In this document: in pieces, positions 59,885-64,000 of the stretch
How the letters are laid out: each line of letters starts with the position of its first letter
Numbering within the stretch: the stretch's first letter is position 1
NCBI GenBank assembly: GCA_963664325.2
Contig: CAXXDQ010000007.1
Location: 544,001-608,000 of the forward strand
DNA from: Desulfomonilia bacterium
GTDB taxonomy: Bacteria > Desulfobacterota > Desulfomonilia > UBA1062
Reading direction: 5' to 3'
DNA length: 64,000 bases
Notes under the pieces: model-generated
Database searches by the model: none
Told to the model about the DNA's origin: nothing
What the model saw: the letters and a program-made list of their open reading frames with translations, nothing else
Program-made: the position numbers and the translations under genes

Positions 59885-60751
59885 TTATTCCTCGCCGTAA
59901 GGCAGCTTACACTCAAAACCAAGGCCTGCAATATATTTGTCATATGCAGTTTTATCACCGATCTTGATATTATGGCTTCCAACCTGCCCTTCAACCGCAG
60001 TATTGCCCTTACCCTTGATCGTATGCGCAATAATCATTGAAGGTTTCCCTTTGACTTCTTTCGCCTTTGTTATCTTATTGGCAATATCGTCCCAGTCATG
60101 TCCCTCCATCTCGAAAACTTCCCAGTTGAATGCTCGCCACTTATCGGCAATAGGCTCCAAGGTAACAACATCGTCAGTGGTACCGTCTATCTGCATCTTG
60201 TTGTAATCGGTTATTGCGACAAGATTATCAACCTTCTTGTGTCCTGCAAACATGGCGGCTTCCCACACTTGGCCCTCATCGCTTTCTCCGTCGCCGACTA
60301 TGCAGAACACATTGTGATTCTTCCTGTCCATTTTTCCCGCAAGCGCAACTCCGAGTGCACATGAAAGCCCCTGGCCTAATGATCCGGCTGTTATGTCTAT
60401 GCCAGGTGTACGTATCTGATCCACATGGCTTGGCAGCCAAGTCCCGTCCTGGTTAAGTGTTGTCAGCCACTGCATCGGGAAATATCCTCGATAGGCAAGT
60501 GCAGTATAAAGCACGGGGCCAGCATGGCCTTTTGAAAGTATCAGCCTGTCGCGGCCGTCCCACCTTGGCTCTTTCGGATTAACCTTCATTATGCGCCAGT
60601 AAAGGCTTATAATAGTCTCGACAAGACTCAGCGCACCCCCGATATGCCCCGAACCGGAACGACATATCATGTCTGTGATGACATACCGGAATTCCTTTGC
60701 AAGCTCATCCGCCTTCTCATTGCTCCATAATTTCAAGAGATCATCGTACAT
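59885..60751 (-). CDS. transketolase N-terminal subunit
   Basis: GHIGGALS, LSKGHA, GSLGQGLS, GDGE..EG..WEA and TIKGKG motifs. Confidence 0.93.
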   Translation of the reverse strand: MYDDLLKLWSNEKADELAKEFRYVITDMICRSGSGHIGGALSLVETIISLYWRIMKVNPKEPRWDGRDRLILSKGHAGPVLYTALAYRGYFPMQWLTTLNQDGTWLPSHVDQIRTPGIDITAGSLGQGLSCALGVALAGKMDRKNHNVFCIVGDGESDEGQVWEAAMFAGHKKVDNLVAITDYNKMQIDGTTDDVVTLEPIADKWRAFNWEVFEMEGHDWDDIANKITKAKEVKGKPSMIIAHTIKGKGNTAVEGQVGSHNIKIGDKTAYDKYIAGLGFECKLPYGEE

Positions 60752-61129
60752 TATATATCTCCTCTGCTTTAATAATTATAAACCCTGAAAAACTTCTTAC
60801 ATCACAAATCGAATGAATTGTACAGATCGCGTCCGATATCACCATGAATATTTAGATTACCAACCGATGTCATAACAGAACATGATGCCGGGGCGGATTA
60901 AGGCAAGAAAAATTGCTATGGACAACGAGAATATGCCTGTTTGTATGACAAATAACGGAGGCAATTATTGCCCCTTTGAAGGAAAACCAAAATAACACGG
61001 TTTAATACTTTTTTTAAAGAATAATGTCTTGACGAAACATTGCTGAAAGAGTTAATTCCATCCAGACTAAATGATAGAAGCAGTAGAAAAAGCAGTACCT
61101 GATAAATCATAGTTTAAGGAGATTACACC

Positions 61130-62320
61130 ATGTCGAAATCAGATACTCCGCTTCTGGATGAACTCGAAGAAGGCAAATGGCCCAGTTTCGTCAAGGAAAT
61201 CAAGCAGGCAGCCAAAAAGAACCCCATGTCAGAAGATCTTCTCAAGCAGCTCGAACTCTCATACAAAGACAAGATCGGACACTGGAAGCATGGAGGCATA
61301 GTTGGCGTCAAGGGCTATGGCTCAGGCGTCATCGGCAGATATACCGACCGGCCCGATCTCTTCCCCAATGTACAGGCATTTCATACCATAAGAGTAAACC
61401 ATCCGGCCGGCTGGTTCTACAAAACCGATGCACTGAAAACCCTTTGCGATATATGGGATAAGCACGGCAGCGGGCTCACGAATCTTCATGGATCAACGGG
61501 AGACGCCATTCTTCTGGGAACGACAACCGATCACCTTCAGCCCTGTTTCAATGATCTGTCTGAGGCAGGCTTTGATCTCGGCGGTTCCGGTTCGGCACTC
61601 AGGACACCGAGCTGCTGCGTCGGACCGGGCCGCTGTGAATGGGCATGCGTCGACAGCCTTGATCTTTGTTACAATCTGACGATGAGCTTCCAGGATGAGA
61701 TCCACCGCCCAATGTTTCCATACAAGTTCAAGATCAAGATATCAGCATGTCCGAACGACTGTGTGGCATCTATTGCAAGGTCGGATTTCTCGATCATCGG
61801 AACCTGGAAAGGAAATATCGGCATCGATCAGACGGAAGTCAAGGCCTATGCCGAATCAGGACTGGATATTCAAAAGGAAGTCTTAAACCTGTGCCCGACC
61901 AGATGCATGGAATTAGAAGGTAATATACTGAAAATATACGATGAAGACTGCACCCGGTGCATGCACTGCATAAATATCATGCCAAAGGCGCTGAGACCCG
62001 GCGATGAACGGGGAGCAACCATCCTGGTCGGAGGAAAAGCCCCCATAGTCGAGGGTGCGCTCATGTCCTGGGTTCTTGTGCCATTCATGAAACTGGAACC
62101 TCCATACGACGAACTAAAAAATCTTATACTCAAGATACAGGACTGGTGGAGCGAAAACGGCAAGTCGCGCGAGAGGCTGGGTGAACTTATAAAAAGACTG
62201 GGAATGCGCCCGTTCCTCAAGGCAATGGATCTTCCAGCGGCTCCACAGATGGTCAAGGCCCCGAGGACAAACCCATATGTCTTTTTCTGGCCTGAAGACA
62301 TTCAGAAGGAGGAGAAGTGA
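61130..62320 (+). CDS. dsrA: dissimilatory sulfite reductase alpha subunit
   Basis: [55 protein letters not shown] and PRTNPY motifs. Confidence 0.97.
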   Translation: MSKSDTPLLDELEEGKWPSFVKEIKQAAKKNPMSEDLLKQLELSYKDKIGHWKHGGIVGVKGYGSGVIGRYTDRPDLFPNVQAFHTIRVNHPAGWFYKTDALKTLCDIWDKHGSGLTNLHGSTGDAILLGTTTDHLQPCFNDLSEAGFDLGGSGSALRTPSCCVGPGRCEWACVDSLDLCYNLTMSFQDEIHRPMFPYKFKIKISACPNDCVASIARSDFSIIGTWKGNIGIDQTEVKAYAESGLDIQKEVLNLCPTRCMELEGNILKIYDEDCTRCMHCINIMPKALRPGDERGATILVGGKAPIVEGALMSWVLVPFMKLEPPYDELKNLILKIQDWWSENGKSRERLGELIKRLGMRPFLKAMDLPAAPQMVKAPRTNPYVFFWPEDIQKEEK

Positions 62321-62321
62321 T

Positions 62322-63383
62322 ATGTCAACGGATATAGGGACCCCCGGATTTCAAATCCATGATCCCGCCAGTTGTTCAGAGGAATTACGGGAAATGGCGT
62401 TACCACGAAATTCCAAGACCCGGAGTTCTGGTCCATGTTTCAGAGTCGGGAGAAGAACTATATTCGGTAAGGGCAGGTTCACCGCGCCTTCTTTCAACTG
62501 ATACTATCCGTGAAATCTGTGAAATTGCCGATGCCTACTGCGAAGGATACCTCCGCTTCACAAGCCGGCATAACATAGAGTCCCTTCTTTCCGACAAGAG
62601 CAAGCTGGAACCACTCCTGGCTGAACTTCAGAAGAGGAACTACCCTGTCGGCGGAACAGGGACATTCCATATCGAACATCGTCCATACCCAGGGCTGGGT
62701 GCATTGCCACACGCCGGCCACTGACGCATCAGGCCCGGTAAAGGCGCTCATGGATGAGATTTATGAATATTTCGTAACCATGACGCTCCCGGCGCATGTC
62801 AGGATCGCGCTCGCCTGCTGCCTTAACATGTGCGGCGCCGTCCATTGTTCCGATATCGCCATTCTGGGCATACACCGTACTGTTCCCCAAACCTGACAAC
62901 TCGCGTGTTCCCAACATGTGCGAGATTCCGACCACTATCGCATCATGTCCAACAGGAGCCATCCGCGGTGACGTGAAGAACAAAACCGTCACCGTCAACG
63001 AAGAAAAGTGCATGTACTGCGGAAACTGCTATACAGTCTGCCCGGCCATGCCTATTGCAGATCCTGACAACGACGGAATATCAATCTGGGTGGGCGGCAA
63101 GGTGTCCAATGCACGCAGCAAACCGGCATTCTCAAAACTGGCCATCCCGTACCTTCCCAACAATCCGCCCAGGTGGCCTGAGGTTGTTGACGCGGTAAAA
63201 AATATCATCGAGGTATATGCATCTCATGCCAGAAAGCATGAGCGGATTGGCGAGTGGATTGAACGCGTGGGATGGGAGAGGTTCTTCAGCCTTACAGGCA
63301 TCCCGTTCACTGATATGCATATAGATGATTTCGACATGGCTACGGAAACATTCCATACATCCACTCAGTTTAAATGGAGGTAA
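62322..63383 (+). CDS. dsrB: dissimilatory sulfite reductase beta subunit, three +1 frameshifts (about 62338, 62660, 62886)
   Basis: TDIG(PP), [46 protein letters not shown] and PPRWPE motifs across frames. Confidence 0.93.
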
Positions 63384-63385
63384 TG

Positions 63386-63610
63386 ATGGCTGATGATCTG
63401 AAAGCTAAGATGGTTGAAGCCTTCCGTGAAAAGTCAAAGGGCGACAAGAAGATGTTTTACATCCGTGATGTCACAAAATGGTTTCCCGATGAGGACCGCC
63501 ACGCCGTTCAGGACGCAGTCAAGGCTCTTATCGATGAAGAAGTCCTGAAGTACTGGTCCAGCGGTTCATCAACCTACATCGTTCTTGCAGAATATTTCTC
63601 GGAATCATGA
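63386..63610 (+). CDS. dsrD: DsrD (dissimilatory sulfite reductase activator)
   Basis: KKMFY..D and L.YWSSGSSTY motifs; directly follows dsrB. Confidence 0.9.
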   Translation: MADDLKAKMVEAFREKSKGDKKMFYIRDVTKWFPDEDRHAVQDAVKALIDEEVLKYWSSGSSTYIVLAEYFSES

Positions 63611-63614
63611 GTAC

Positions 63615-64000
63615 ATGACAATGAAAGCGCCGCATTCCCGGATCGTCATTACCGCTTTGCGCGGTGGAGCAGGGAAAACGACGCTTTCGGCAGGCATGCT
63701 TGCAGCGCTTAAAAAAAGGGATATAAAGGCCGCCCCTTTCAAGAAGGGGCCCGACTATATAGATGCAGCATGGCTGTCTTCGGCCTCAGGTCAGGCTTGT
63801 CATAATCTGGATTCCTTCCTCATGGACAGGAAAACAATCCTTTCTTCCTTCATCGGAAATGTTGCAGGCGCAGATATGGCTCTCATTGAAGGAAACCGCG
63901 GCCTTTTCGACGGGATGGATTCCATCGGCACGCACAGCACGGCAGAGCTCGCCAAACTTCTCGCCTCTCCTGTCGTCATGATCATGGACTGCGATAAGGT
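63615..64000 (+). CDS. dsrN: cobyrinate a,c-diamide synthase-like siroheme amidase DsrN (partial, runs off window)
   Basis: Translated by hand: RIVITALRGGAGKTT..FKKGPDYID..NLDSF..IEGNRGLFDG. Confidence 0.88.
   Translation, partial: MTMKAPHSRIVITALRGGAGKTTLSAGMLAALKKRDIKAAPFKKGPDYIDAAWLSSASGQACHNLDSFLMDRKTILSSFIGNVAGADMALIEGNRGLFDGMDSIGTHSTAELAKLLASPVVMIMDCDK

Noticed and set aside
60780-60960. Possible Rex-like operator half-sites upstream of dsrA
   Set aside because: Matches to TTGTGAA-N4-TTCACAA are too degenerate in AT-rich DNA.
62322-63383. dsrB as a genuine pseudogene or programmed-frameshift gene
   Set aside because: The +1 events match the window-wide homopolymer error pattern; conserved motifs are intact, and dsrA, dsrD and the visible part of dsrN are intact.

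Overview
This 64-kb window comes from a diderm anaerobe; the gene content suggests Desulfobacterota / 'Deltaproteobacteria', which is an inference. From left to right it contains: (1) the end of a probable integron cassette array, with a PD-(D/E)XK nuclease gene between two attC-like sites and no integrase in view; (2) a radical SAM/metallophosphoesterase pair and an IS200/RAYT-like Y1 transposase; (3) envelope and housekeeping genes (OmpA, mscL, corA, Fe-S protein, GH28 lipoprotein, mtnA, fadD, U32 protein); (4) the lysS-lolC/E-lolD-bamA-skp-lpxD-lpxA-gnnA-lpxB-msbA-lpxK-gmhB-lpxL operon; (5) an accessory block of about 19 kb holding an Asp-box protein, M28 peptidase, PAS hybrid kinase, FadL, OmpA, a Gln-rich protein, a neutral ceramidase, two tandem linalool dehydratase/isomerase-like lipoproteins, DUF4418 and an FtsX/MacB-type ABC transporter; (6) a [FeFe]-hydrogenase locus (hydA-aspA-hydF-hydG-hydE), a candidate anti-Shine-Dalgarno sRNA and a split transketolase; (7) dsrA-dsrB-dsrD-dsrN(partial). 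The best candidate for an undescribed system is the ceramidase plus LDI-like lipoproteins plus DUF4418/ABC cluster, possibly for anaerobic sphingolipid or sphingoid-base degradation. Eight +1 frameshifts at short homopolymers (corA, second ompA, ceramidase, transketolase x2, dsrB x3) most likely reflect long-read assembly errors. All product calls come from motif recognition by eye; no database searches were run.
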